Origin: Mytilus edulis
Lineage: Eukaryota
Direction: 5' to 3'
DNA length: 64,000 bases
Assembly: GCF_963676685.1 (NCBI RefSeq)
Contig: NC_092357.1
Coordinates: 22,878,001 to 22,942,000 of the forward strand
Each line of letters starts with the position of its first letter. The first letter of the stretch is position 1. This document shows, piece after piece, positions 1 to 13,029 of the stretch. Below the pieces are notes generated by a model that had not been told where the DNA came from, made no database searches, and saw only the letters and a program-made list of their open reading frames with translations. Made by a program: the position numbers and the translations under genes.

Positions 1-1044
1 TATTAAATCACGCGCTGTACATGCGCAATTAATAGAAATTAAGATCAAGCATGCACATTATAGAAATACTCTAATGTTAGCTTTAAAAATATGCTACATA
101 TAATAAGATCCAAGATCAATTTAAATGAGAAATACATTTAAAATTAAACTGTCAATTGTTCTTGAACAATTGAGAGGTCTTTCCTTTTGTAATGTAAAAT
201 ACATAATCCAACAGACGTAGAATGTATTGAAAAGGTCAAGGTCAACCTTAAAAAGCTCGAAAACACACTAAAAATCCTTTATATAAGGTTAAAAACACTA
301 AATTCGCACTCTGGGACATGACCTTGACCTTTGACCTTTTGACCTTTGGCAAGGTCATTAGTCCCCAATGCCATTACTGAAGACCCCAAGGGTCTAGGAC
401 CTTTGGTTATATAGAAAAAGCTGATTTTGTGTTTTCAGAAACCTAAAACAGGCTTTATGCCCCTTAAAAAAAGGTCAAATCTCTTCGGTCAAAATGTAAC
501 AAAGTTGCGCGGTAATGACCCAAACATTTTCCACTATTTAAAACTTCTGTAAGTATAATGGTTGCTGAGATTAATCCAAAACAAGGTGTAAGGTCAAAGG
601 TCAAGGTCAACATACAAATTTGACCTTGAGATATTTTTCGAAGATACAAGAATTGATGATGAATGGTGAAGATCCTAGGTCTCTACGACTTACGGTTTCT
701 GAGTTTTGGTGGTCCACCGACACCGGTTAATTTTCATAGGGGCATAACCCTACCAATGAGTCGTTGAATCTTTTCGATCCAAATGTAACGAAGAACTGGG
801 GTCTGGTCCTGAACAAATTTCACCCTTTGTTTTTTTTCTACCTATTATGGTTACGGTGTTGGAACGATAACAAGGTTTTTTGGTTTCGGAGGAATTACTC
901 CGAACCGACAAAATATTTCGACTAACAGGGTGAGTTCCAGATAGGTATTCATGACACCGATACAAAGTGTGAACATGAAAGCGACACGTCTTACGGTTTG
1001 GGCTGCTAACTTCGTCAAAGTTTGGCGGAAGAATAATAATAATA

Positions 1045-2807
1045 ATTAAAAACCAATTGTTCAAAGAACAATTGAAGGTCTTTCAACTAATAAAGATCTA
1101 TTTTGACATGAAAATATTAAAATTCAGTTAAAAATGTCAGTTCCTATGGCTTTATGATGTATAAATAGGAATTTAAAGCAAAGGTCAAAATCTAGAACGT
1201 CCAATTAACCTTTGACCTTGACCTCAATTTCAAGGTCATAGACTTAACATCTCGAATCAAAAGACACTAGTTCCTTAATATGTAAGGTTCATGAGTAATA
1301 TCACTTTACGCATAATTCTAAATATAAGAGAGGCAAAAACTCCCATTTATTGTCTACGCACCCTTCCAATCAAAATTTATGAGTTACGACATGTCGCAAC
1401 TAACAATTTAGTAAAAATAATTTGTCGAAATCTTATAAAGTTAATGAAAGTAAGTGAAAATAAGCCAAAATCAAAATTTAAAATTTGACCTTGACCTTTG
1501 ACCTTGACCTAATTTTCATTTTTTTGGACCAAGGATCTTAAATCAAAAGACCCTAGGTCTCTATCACTTATGGTTTACCAGTTAGAAATGCAAATCACTT
1601 ATATCATATATAAAAGTGGGATAACTCTCATATGGAGTCTCCGGATAGCTTCGGTCCAAATGAAACAGAACATCCTGAGGATATAACGAGCAATTTGGAA
1701 AAATAAATTTGTCGGTTTCTTATACGGTTGCGAAGCCTTAGAGATAACAATAAAAACAGTGTTCGGGGAGATAACTCTTATATGGGAAAGTATTCGGTTA
1801 AGCAGAGTTGGTTTCAAAAGCGTATAAACTGTTCGATATCATATTTCAAATATCTAAACGACATCTTGCGAAACAAAAAAACAGCGAAGGTAAAAAAAGT
1901 TGGCGGAAGAAAAAAAAAAATAATTAAAAACCAATTGTTCAAAGAACAATTGAAGGTCTTTCAACTAATAAAGATCTATTTTGACATGAAAATATTAAAA
2001 TTCAGTTAAAAATGTCAGTTCCTATGGCTTTATGATGTATAAATAGGAATTTAAAGCAAAGGTCAAAATCTAGAACGTCCAATTAACCTTTGACCTTGAC
2101 CTCAATTTCAAGGTCATAGACTTAACATCTCGAATCAAAAGACACTAGTTCCTTAATATGTATGGTTCATGAGTAATATCACTTTACGCATAATTCTAAA
2201 TATAAGAGAGGCAAAAACTCCCATTTATTGTCTACGCACCCTTCCAATCAAAATTTATGAGTTACGACATGTCGCAACTAACAATTTAGTAAAAATAATT
2301 TGTCGAAATCTTATAAAGTTAATGAAAGTAAGTGAAAATAAGCCAAAATCAAAATTTAAAATTTGACCTTGACCTTTGACCTTGACCTAATTTTCATTTT
2401 TTTGGACCAAGGATCTTAAATCAAAAGACCCTAGGTCTCTATCACTTATGGTTTACCAGTTAGAAATGCAAATCACTTATATCATATATAAAAGGGGGGA
2501 TAACTCTCATATGGAGTCTCCGGATAGCTTCGGTCCAAATGAAACAGAACATCCTGAGGATATAACGAGCAATTTGGAAAAATAAATTTGTCGGTTTCTT
2601 ATACGGTTGCGAAGCCTTAGAGATAACAATAAAAACAGTGTTCGGGGAGATAACTCTTATATGGGAAAGTATTCGGTTAAGCAGAGTTGGTTTCAAAAGC
2701 GTATAAACTGTTCGATATCATATTTCAAATATCTAAACGACATCTTGCGAAACAAAAAAACAGCGAAGGTAAAAAAAGTTGGCGGAAGAAAAAAAAAAAT
2801 AATAATA
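1045..2807 (-). mobile_element. Two near-identical subfamily-A HINE bodies (1045-1922, 1923-2807), each interrupted at its (AAT)n tract
   Basis: Each starts attaaaaaccaattgttcaaagaacaattgaaggtctttcaact and ends ttggcggaag-A(n)-(AAT)n, running directly into the next left end. Confidence 0.8.
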
Positions 2808-3751
2808 ATTAAAAACCAATTGTTCAAAGAACAATTGAAGGTCTTTCAACTAATAAAGATCTATTTTGACATGAAAATATTAAAATTTAGTTAAAAATGT
2901 CAGTTCCTATGGCTTTATGATGTATAAATATGAATTTAAAGCAAAGGTCAAAATCTAGAACGTCCAATTAACCTTTGACCTTGACCTCAATTTCAAGGTC
3001 ATAGACTTAACATCTCGAATCAAAAGACACTAGTTCCTTAATATGTATGGTTCATGAGTAATATCACTTTACGCATAATTCTAAATATAAGAGATGCAAA
3101 AACTCCCATTTATTGTCTACGCACCCTTCCAATCAAAATCAATGAGTTACGACATGTCGCAACTAACAATTTAGTAAAATAAATTTGTCGAAATCTTATA
3201 AAGTTAATGAAGTAAGTGAAAATAAGCCAAAATCAAAATTTAAAATTTGACCTTGACCTTTGACCTTGACCTAATTTTCATTTTTTTGGACCAAGGATCT
3301 TAAATCAAAAGACCCTAGGTCTCTATCACTTATGGTTTACCAGTTAGAAATGCAAATCACTTATATCATATATAAAAGGGGGGATAACTCTCATATGGAG
3401 TCTCCGGATAGCTTCGGTCCAAATGAAACAGAACATCCTGAGGATATAACGAGCAATTTGGAAAAATAAATTTGTCGGTTTCTTATACGGTTGCGAAGCC
3501 TTAGAGATAACAATAAAAACAGTGTTCGGGGAGATAACTCTTATATGGGAAAGTATTCGGTTAAGCAGAGTTGGTTTCAAAAGCGTATAAACTGTTCGAT
3601 ATCATATTTCAAATATCTAAAAGACATCTTGCGAAACAAAAAAACAGCGAAGGTAAAAAAAGTTGGCGGAAGAAAAAAAAAAATAATAATAATAATAATA
3701 ATAATCAGAACAAAACCTATAGGTCTTTCAACTGAAAGGTTGAAAGACCTA
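2808..3751 (-). mobile_element. Complete, uninterrupted subfamily-A HINE (~944 bp)
   Basis: A-type left end at 2808, then body, (AAT)n, and cagaacaaaacctat followed by the hairpin aggtctttcaac-tgaaag-gttgaaagacct (3721-3750). Confidence 0.8.
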
Positions 3752-3760
3752 ATAATAATA

Positions 3761-5542
3761 ATTAAAAACCAATTGTTCAAAGAACAATTGAAGGTCTTTC
3801 AACTAATAAAGATCTATTTTGATATGAAAATATTAAAATTCAGTTGAAAATGTCAGTTCCTATGGCTTAATGATGTATAAATATGAATTTCAAGCAAAGG
3901 TCAAAATCTAGAACGTCCAATTAACCTATGACCTTGACCTCAATTTCAAGGTCATAAACCAAGGATCCCAAATCAAAAGACCCTTGGTCTGTATTATGTA
4001 TGGTTCATGAGTAATATCACTTTAAACATAATTCTAAATATAAGAGGGGCGAACACTCCCATTTATTGTCTACGCACCCTTGCAACCAAAATTTATAAGT
4101 TACGACATGTCGCAACTAACAATTTAGTAAAAATAATTTGTCGATATCTTATAAGGTTAATGAAAATAAGTGAAAATAGGCCAAAATCAAAATTTAAAAT
4201 TTGACCTTGACCTTTGACCTTGACCTAATTTTCATTTTTTTAGACCAAGGATCTTAAATCAAAAGACCCTAGGTCTCTATCACTTATGGTTTACCAGTTA
4301 GAAATGCATATCACTTATATCATATACAAAAGGGGGGATAACGCTCAAATGGAGTCTCCGGATAGCTTCGGTCAAAATAAAACTGAACATCCTGAGGATA
4401 TAACGAGCAATTTGGAAAAATAAATTTGTCGGTTTCTTATACGGTTGCGAAGCCTTAGAGATAACAAGAAAAACAGTGTTCGGGGAGATAACTCTTATTT
4501 GGGAAAGAATTCAGTTAAGCAGAGTTGGTTTCAAAAGCGTATAAACTGTTCGATATCATATACCATATATCTAAGCGACATCTTGCGAAACAAAAAAACA
4601 GCGAAGGTAAAAAAAGTTGGCGGAAGAAAAAAAAAAATAATAATAATAATAATAATAATTAAAAACCAATTGTTCAAAGAACAATTGAAGGTCTTTCAAC
4701 TAATAAAGATCTATTTTGACATGAAAATATTAAAATTCAGTTAAAAATGTCAGTTCCTATGGCTTTATGATGTATAAATAGGAATTTAAAGCAAAGGTCA
4801 AAATCTAGAACGTCCAATTAACCTTTGACCTTGACCTCAATTTCAAGGTCATAGACTTAACATCTCGAATCAAAAGACACTAGTTCCTTAATATGTATGG
4901 TTCATGAGTAATATCACTTTACGCATAATTCTAAATATAAGAGAGGCAAAAACTCCCATTTATTGTCTACGCACCCTTCCAATCAAAATTTATGAGTTAC
5001 GACATGTCGCAACTAACAATTTAGTAAAAATAATTTGTCGAAATCTTATAAAGTTAATGAAAGTAAGTGAAAATAAGCCAAAATCAAAATTTAAAATTTG
5101 ACCTTGACCTTTGACCTTGACCTAATTTTCATTTTTTTGGACCAAGGATCTTAAATCAAAAGACCCTAGGTCTCTATCACTTATGGTTTACCAGTTAGAA
5201 ATGCAAATCACTTATATCATATATAAAAGGGGGGATAACTCTCATATGGAGTCTCCGGATAGCTTCGGTCCAAATGAAACAGAACATCCTGAGGATATAA
5301 CGAGCAATTTGGAAAAATAAATTTGTCGGTTTCTTATACGGTTGCGAAGCCTTAGAGATAACAATAAAAACAGTGTTCGGGGAGATAACTCTTATATGGG
5401 AAAGTATTCGGTTAAGCAGAGTTGGTTTCAAAAGCGTATAAACTGTTCGATATCATATTTCAAATATCTAAACGACATCTTGCGAAACAAAAAAACAGCG
5501 AAGGTAAAAAAAGTTGGCGGAAGAAAAAAAAAAATAATAATA
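3761..5542 (-). mobile_element. Two interrupted subfamily-A bodies (3761-4657, 4658-5542)
   Basis: A-type left ends at 3761 and 4658. The matching right ends are displaced to the stack at 6506-6659. Confidence 0.75.
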
Positions 5543-6482
5543 ATTAAAAACCAATTGTTCAGAGAACCATTGATGGTCTTTCCACCACTTACAACATATT
5601 TTGATGTAAAAATATTAAAAATTCAGTTGATATGTCAGTTCCTATGACTTTATGATGTCTAAATATGAATTTGGAGCAAAGGTCAAAATCTAGAACGTCC
5701 AATTAACCTATGACCTTGACCTCAATTTCAAGGTCATAGACTAAGGATCTCAAACCTAAAGACACTAGTTCCTTAATTATATATGGTTAATGAGTAATAT
5801 CACTTTACCCATAATTCTAAACATAAGAGGGGCGAAAACTCCCATTTATTGTCTTCGCACCCTTTCAACCAAAATTTATAAGTTACGACATGTCGCAACT
5901 AACAATTTAGTAAAAATAATTTGTCGATAAGTAACACGGTTTTTTAAAATAAGTGAAATAAGCCCAAATCAAAATTTATAATATGACCTTGACCTTTGAC
6001 CTTGACCTTATTTTCATTTTTTTGGACCAAGGATCTCAAATCAAAAGACCCTAGGTCTCTATCACTTATGGTTTACCAGTTAGAAATGCATATTCTTATA
6101 TCAAACATAAAAGGAGGGATAACTCTCATATGGAATCTATATACGGCTTCGGTCAAAATAAAACAGCACATCCTGAGGATATAACGAGCAATTTGGAAAA
6201 ATAAATTTGTCGGTTTCTTATACGGTTGCGAAGCCTTAGAGATAACAAGGAAAACAGTGTTCGGGGAGATAACTCTTATTTGGGAAAGTATTCGGTTAAG
6301 CAGAGTTGGTTTCAAAAGCGTATAAACTGTTCGATATCATATTCCAAAAATCTAAGCGACATCTTGCGAAACAAAAAAACAGCGAAGGAAAAAAATTAGG
6401 CGGAAGAAAAAAAAAAAAAAAAATAATAATAATAATCAGAAGAAATCCAATAGGTCTTTCCACGGAAAAGTGGAAAGACCTA
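5543..6482 (-). mobile_element. Complete subfamily-B HINE
   Basis: B-type left end (cagagaaccattgatggtctttccacc), B-diagnostic body variants (tttggagcaaa, ctcaaacctaaa, ggaatctatat, aaattaggcgg), and B hairpin aggtctttccac-ggaaaa-gtggaaagacct (6452-6481). Confidence 0.8.
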
Positions 6483-6659
6483 ATAATAATAATAATAATA
6501 ATAATCAGAACAAAACCTATAGGTCTTTCAACTGAAAGGTTGAAAGACCTAATAATAATAATCAGAACAAAACCTATAGGTCTTTCAACTGAAAGGTTGA
6601 AAGACCTAATAATCAGAACAAAACCTATAGGTCTTTCAACTGAAAGGTTGAAAGACCTA
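6437..6659 (-). repeat. Stack of four HINE terminal hairpin modules (B,A,A,A) separated by (AAT)n
   Basis: Hairpins at 6452-6481 (B) and 6521-6550, 6578-6607, 6629-6658 (A). Confidence 0.9.
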
Positions 6660-6671
6660 ATAATAATAATA

Positions 6672-8443
6672 ATTAAAAACCAATTGTTCAAAGAACAATT
6701 GAAGGTCTTTCAACCAATAAGGATCTATTTAGATATGAAAATATTAAAATTCAGTTGAAAATGTCAGTTCTTATGGCTTAATGATGTATAAATATGAATT
6801 TTAAGCAAAGGTCAAAATCTAGAACGTCCAATTTACCTATGACCTTCACCTCAATTTCAAGGTCATAGACTAAACATCTCAAATAAAAAGACACTAGTTC
6901 CTTAATATGTATGGTTCATGAGTAAAATCACTTTACGCATAATTCTTAATATAAGAGGGGCGAAAACTCCCTTTTATTGTTTACGCACCCTCGCAACCAA
7001 AATTTATAAGTTACGACATGTCGCAACTAACAATTTAGTAAAAAGAAATTGTCGATATCTTATAAGGTTAATGAAAAAAGGTGAAAATAAGCCAAAATCA
7101 AAATTAAGAATTTGACCTTGACCTTTGACCTTGACCTAATTTTCATTTTTTTGGACCAAGGATCTTAAATCAAAAGACCCTAGGTCTCTATCACTTATGG
7201 TTTACGAGCTAGAAATGCATATCACTTATATCATATATAAAAGGGGGGATAACTCTCATATGGAGTCTCCGGATAGCTTCGGTCAAAATGAAACAGAACA
7301 TCCTGAGGATATAACGAGCAATTTTGAAAAATAAATTTGTCGGTTTCTTATACGGTTGCGAAGCCTTAGAGGACACAAGAAAAACAGTGTTCAGGGAGAT
7401 AACTCTTACAAGGTAAAGTTTTTTGTTACGCGGTGTCTGTTTCAGAAGCGTATTAACTGTTCGATATCATATACCTTATATCTAAGCGACATCTTGTGAA
7501 ACAAAAAAACAGCGAAGGAAAAAAAAGTTGGCGGAAGAAAAAAAATAAAAATTAAAAACCAATTGTTCAAAGAACAATTGAAGGTCTTTCAACTAATAAA
7601 GATCTATTTTGACATGAAAATATTAAAATTCAGTTAAAAATGTCAGTTCCTATGGCTTTATGATGTATAAATATGAATTTAAAGCAAAGGTCAAAATCTA
7701 GAACGTCCAATTAACCTTTGACCTTGACCTCAATTTCAAGGTCATAGACTTAACATCTCGAATCAAAAGACACTAGTTCCTTAATATGTATGGTTCATGA
7801 GTAATATCACTTTACGCATAATTCTAAATATAAGAGAGGCAAAAACTCCCATTTATTGTCTACGCACCCTTCCAATCAAAATTTATGAGTTACGACATGT
7901 CGCAACTAACAATTTAGTAAAAATAATTTGTCGAAATCTTATAAAGTTAATGAAGTAAGTGAAAATAAGCCAAAATCAAAATTTAAAATTTGACCTTGAC
8001 CTTTGACCTTGACCTAATTTTCATTTTTTTGGACCAAGGATCTTAAATCAAAAGACCCTAGGTCTCTATCACTTATGGTTTACCAGTTAGAAATGCAAAT
8101 CACTTATATCATATATAAAAGGGGGGATAACTCTCATATGGAGTCTCCGGATAGCTTCGGTCCAAATAAAACAGAACATCCTGAGGATATAACGAGCAAT
8201 TTGGAAAAATAAATTTGTCGGTTTCTTATACGGTTGCGAAGCCTTAGAGATAACAATAAAAACAGTGTTCGGGGAGATAACTCTTATATGGGAAAGTATT
8301 CGGTTAAGCAGAGTTGGTTTCAAAAGCGTATAAACTGTTCGATATCATATTTCAAATATCTAAACGACATCTTGCGAAACGAAAAAACAGCGAAGGTGAA
8401 AAAAGTTGGCGGAAGAAAAAAAAAAATAATAATAATAATAATA
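6672..8443 (-). mobile_element. Two interrupted subfamily-A bodies (6672-7550, 7551-8443)
   Basis: A-type left ends at 6672 and 7551. The 6672 copy has a diverged patch at about 7370-7480. Confidence 0.75.
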
Positions 8444-9384
8444 ATTAAAAACCAATTGTTCAGAGAACCATTGATGGTCTTTCCACCACTTTCAACATAT
8501 TTTGATGTGAAAATATTAAAAATTCAGTTGATATGTCAGTTCCTATGACTTTATGATGTCTAAATATGAATTTGGAGCAAAGGTCAAAATCTAGAACGTC
8601 CAATTAACCTATGACCTTGACCTCAATTTCAAGGTCATAGACTAAGGATCTCAAACCTAAAGACACTAGTTCCTTAATATGTATGGTTTATGAGTAATAT
8701 CACTTTACACATAATTCTAAACATAAGAGGGGCGAAAACTCCCATTTATTGTCTACGCACCCTTTCAACCACAATTTATAAGTTACGACATGTCGCAACT
8801 AACAATTTAGTAAAAATAATTTGTTGATAAGTTATACGGCTTTTGAAATTAAGTGAAAATAAGCCAAAATCAAAATTTATAATATGACCTTGACCTTTGA
8901 CCTTGACCTTATTTTCATTTTTTTGGACCAAGGATCTCAAATCAAAAGACCCTAGGTCTCTATCACTTATGGTTTACCAGTTAGAAATGCATATTCTTAT
9001 ATCAAACATAAAAGGGGGATAACTCTCATATGGAATCTATATACAGCTTCGGTCAAAATAAAACAGCACATCCTGAGGATATAACGAGCAATTTTGAAAA
9101 ATAAATTTGTCGGTTTCTTATATGGTTGCGAAGCCTTAGAGATAACAAGGAAAACAGTGTTCGGGGAGATAACTCTTATTTGGGAAAGTATTCGGTTAAG
9201 CAGAGTTGGTTTTAAAAGCGTATAAACTGTTCGATATCATATTCCAAAAATCTAAGCGACATCTTGCGAAACAAAAAAACAGCGAAGGAAAAAAATTAGG
9301 CGGAAGAAAAAAAAAAAAAAAAAAATAATAATAATAATCAGAAGAAATCCAATAGGTCTTTCCACGGAAAAGTGGAAAGACCTA
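8444..9384 (-). mobile_element. Complete subfamily-B HINE
   Basis: B left end at 8444, B body variants, B hairpin at 9354-9383, followed by one A hairpin at 9405-9434. Confidence 0.8.
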
Positions 9385-9438
9385 ATAATCAGAACAAAAC
9401 CTATAGGTCTTTCAACTGAAAGGTTGAAAGACCTAATA

Positions 9439-12080
9439 ATTAAAAACCAATTGTTCAAAGAACAATTGAAGGTCTTTCAACTAATAAAGATCTATTTTGA
9501 TATGAAAATATTAAAATTCAGTTGAAAACGTCAGTTCCTATGGCTTCATGATGTATAAATATGAATTTAAAGCAAAGGTCAAAATCTAGAACGTCCAATT
9601 AACCTTTGACCTTGACCTCAATTTCAAGGTCATAGACTAAACATCTCGAATCAAAAGACACTAGTTCCTTAATATGTATGGTTCATGAGTAATATCACTT
9701 TACGCATAATTCTAAATATAAGAGGGGCGAAAACTCCCGTTTATTGTCTACGCACCCTTGCAACCAAAATTTATAAGTTACGACATGTCGCAACTAACAA
9801 TTTAGTAAAAATAATTTGTCGATATCTTATAAGGTTAATGAAAATAAATGAAAATAAGCCAAAATCAAAATTTAGAATTTGACCTTGACCTTTGACCTTG
9901 ACCTAATTTTCATTTTTTTGGACCAAGGATCTTAAATCAAAAGACCCTAGGTCTGTATCACTTATGGTTTACCAGTTAGAAATGCATATCACTTATTTCA
10001 TATACAAAAGGGGGGATAACGCTCATATGGAGTCTCCGGATAACTTCGGTCAAAATAAAACAGAACATCCTGAGGATATAACGAGCAATTTGGAAAAATA
10101 AATTTGTCGGTTTCTTATACGGTTGCGAAGCCTTAGAGATAACAAGAAAAACAGTGTTCGGGGAGATAACTCTTATTTGGGAAAGTATTCGGTTAAGCAG
10201 AGTTGGTTTCAAAAGCGTATAAACTGTTCGATATCATATTCAAAAAATCTAAGCGACATCTTGCGAAACAAGAAAACAGTGAAGGAAAAAAAAGTTGGCG
10301 GAAGAAAAAAAAAAATAATAATTAAAAACCAATTGTTCAGAGAACAATTGAAGGTCTTTCAACTAATAAAGATCTATTTTGATATGAAAATATTAAAATT
10401 CAGTTGAAAATGTCAATTCCTATGGCTTTATGATGTATAAATATGAATTTAAAGCAAAGGTCAAACTCTAGAACGTCCAATTAACCTTTGACCTTGACCT
10501 CAATTTCAAGGTCATAGACTAAACATCTCGAATCAAAAGACACTAGTTCCTTAATATGTATGGTTCATGAGTAATATCACTTTACGCATAATTCTAAATA
10601 AAAGAGGGGCCAAAACTCCCATTTATTGTCTACGCACCCTTGCAACCAAAATTTATAAGTTACGACATGTTGCAACTAACAATTTAGTAAAAATAATTTG
10701 TCGATATCTTATAAGGTTAATGAAAATAAGTGAAAATAAGCCAAAATCAAAATTTAGAATTTGACCTTGACCTTTGACCTTGACCTAATTTTCATTTTTT
10801 TGGACCAAGGATCTTAAATCAAAAGACCCTAGGTCTCTATCACTTATGGTTCACCAGTTAGAAATGCATATCACTTATATCATATACAAAAGGGGGGATA
10901 CCTCTCATATGGAGTCTCCGGATAGCTTCAGTCAAAATAAAACACAACATCCTGAGGATATAACGAGCAATCTGGAAAAATAAATTTGTCGGTTTCTTAT
11001 ACGGTTGCGAAGCCTTAGAGATAACAAGAAAAACAGTGTTCGGGGAGATAACTCTTATTTGGGAAAGTATTCGGTTAAGCAGAGTTGGTTTCAAAAGCGT
11101 ATAAACTGTTCGATATCATATTCAAAAAATCTAAGCGACATCTTGCGAAACAAGAAAACAGTGAAGGAAAAAAAAGTTGGCGGAAGAAAAAAAAAATAAT
11201 AATTAAAAACCAATTGTTCAGAGAACAATTGAAGGTCTTTCAACTAATAAAGATCTATTTTGATATGAAAATATTAAAATTCAGTTGAAAATGTCAATTC
11301 CTATGGCTTTATGATGTATAAATATGAATTTAAAGCAAAGGTCAAACTCTAGAACGTCCAATTAACCTTTGACCTTGACCTCAATTTCAAGGTCATAGAC
11401 TAAACATCTCGAATCAAAAGACACTAGTTCCTTAATATGTATGGTTCATGAGTAATATCACTTTACGCATAATTCTAAATAAAAGAGGGGCCAAAACTCC
11501 CATTTATTGTCTACGCACCCTTGCAACCAAAATTTATAAGTTACGACATGTTGCAACTAACAATTTAGTAAAAATAATTTGTCGATATCTTATAAGGTTA
11601 ATGAAAATAAGTGAAAATAAGCCAAAATCAAAATTTAGAATTTGACCTTGACCTTTGACCTTGACCTAATTTTCATTTTTTTGGACCAAGGATCTTAAAT
11701 CAAAAGACCCTAGGTCTCTATCACTTATGGTTCACCAGTTAGAAATGCATATCACTTATATCATATACAAAAGGGGGGATACCTCTCATATGGAGTCTCC
11801 GGATAGCTTCAGTCAAAATAAAACACAACATCCTGAGGATATAACGAGCAATCTGGAAAAATAAATTTGTCGGTTTCTTATACGGTTGCGAAGCCTTAGA
11901 GATAACAAGAAAAACAGTGTTCGGGGAGATAACTCTTATTTGGGAAAGTATTCGGTTAAGCAGAGTTGGTTTCAAAAGCGTATAAACTGTTCGATATCAT
12001 ATACCATATATCTAAGCGACATCTTGCGAAACAAAAAAACAGCGAAGGTAAAAAAAGTTGGCGGAAGAAAAAAAAAAATA
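9439..12080 (-). mobile_element. Three interrupted subfamily-A bodies (9439-10320, 10321-11201, 11202-12080)
   Basis: A-type subTIR gaaggtctttcaact at each left end. The 10321 and 11202 copies share private variants (caaactctaga, aaaagaggggcc, ggttcaccag). Confidence 0.75.
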
Positions 12081-13029
12081 ATTAAAAACCAATTGTTCAG
12101 AGAACCATTGATGGTCTTTCCACCACTTACAACATATTTTGATGTGAAAATATTAAAAATTCAGTTGATATGTCAGTTCCTATGACTTTATGATGTCTAA
12201 ATATGAATTTGGAGCAAAGGTCAAAATCTAGAACGTCCAATTAACCTATGACCTTGACCTCAATTCCAAGGTCATAGACTAAGGATCTCAAACCTAAAGA
12301 CACTAGTTCCTTAATATGTATGGTTTATGAGTAATATCACTTTACGTATAATTCTAAACAAAAGAGGGGCGAAAACTCCCATTTATTGTCTACGCACCCT
12401 TTCAACCAAAATTTATAAGTTTAGACATGTCGCAACTAACAATTTAGTAAAAATAATTTGGTGATAAGTTATACAGCTTTTGAAAATAAGTGAAAATAAG
12501 CCAAAATCAAAATTTATAATATGACCTTGACCTTTGACCTTGACCTTATTTTCATTTTTTTGAACCAAGGACCTCAAATCAAAAGACCCTAGGTCTCTAT
12601 CACTTATGGTTTACCAGTTAGAAATGCAAATTCTTATATCAAACATAAAAGGGGGGATAACTGTCATATGGAATCTATATACGGCTTCGGTCAAAATAAA
12701 ACAGAACATCCTAAGGATATAACGAGCAATTTGGAAAAATAAATTTGTCGGTTTCTTATACGGTTGCGAAGCCTTAGAGATAACAAGAAAAACAGTGTTC
12801 GGGGAGATAACTCTTATTTGGGAAAGTATTCGGTTTAAACGAGTTGGTTTCAAAAGCGTATAAACTGTTCGATATCATATTCCAAAAATCTAAACGACAT
12901 CTTGCGAAACAAAAAAACAGCGAAGGAAACAAATTAGGCGGAAGAAAAAAAAAAAAAATAATAATAATAATAATAATAATAATCAGAAGAAATCCAATAG
13001 GTCTTTCCACGGAAAAGTGGAAAGACCTA
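12081..13029 (-). mobile_element. Complete subfamily-B HINE
   Basis: B left end at 12081, B body variants, B hairpin at 12999-13028. Confidence 0.8.

Noticed and set aside
6437-6659. CRISPR-like look of repeated 30-bp palindromes
   Set aside because: The spacers are (AAT)n plus a constant 15-mer rather than unique sequences. There are no cas genes, the context is eukaryotic, and the repeats are explained as stacked transposon ends.
1045-12983. Plain head-to-tail satellite or rolling-circle concatemer
   Set aside because: That model would place one hairpin end after every body. Instead the ends are piled in last-in-first-out order with subfamily matching.
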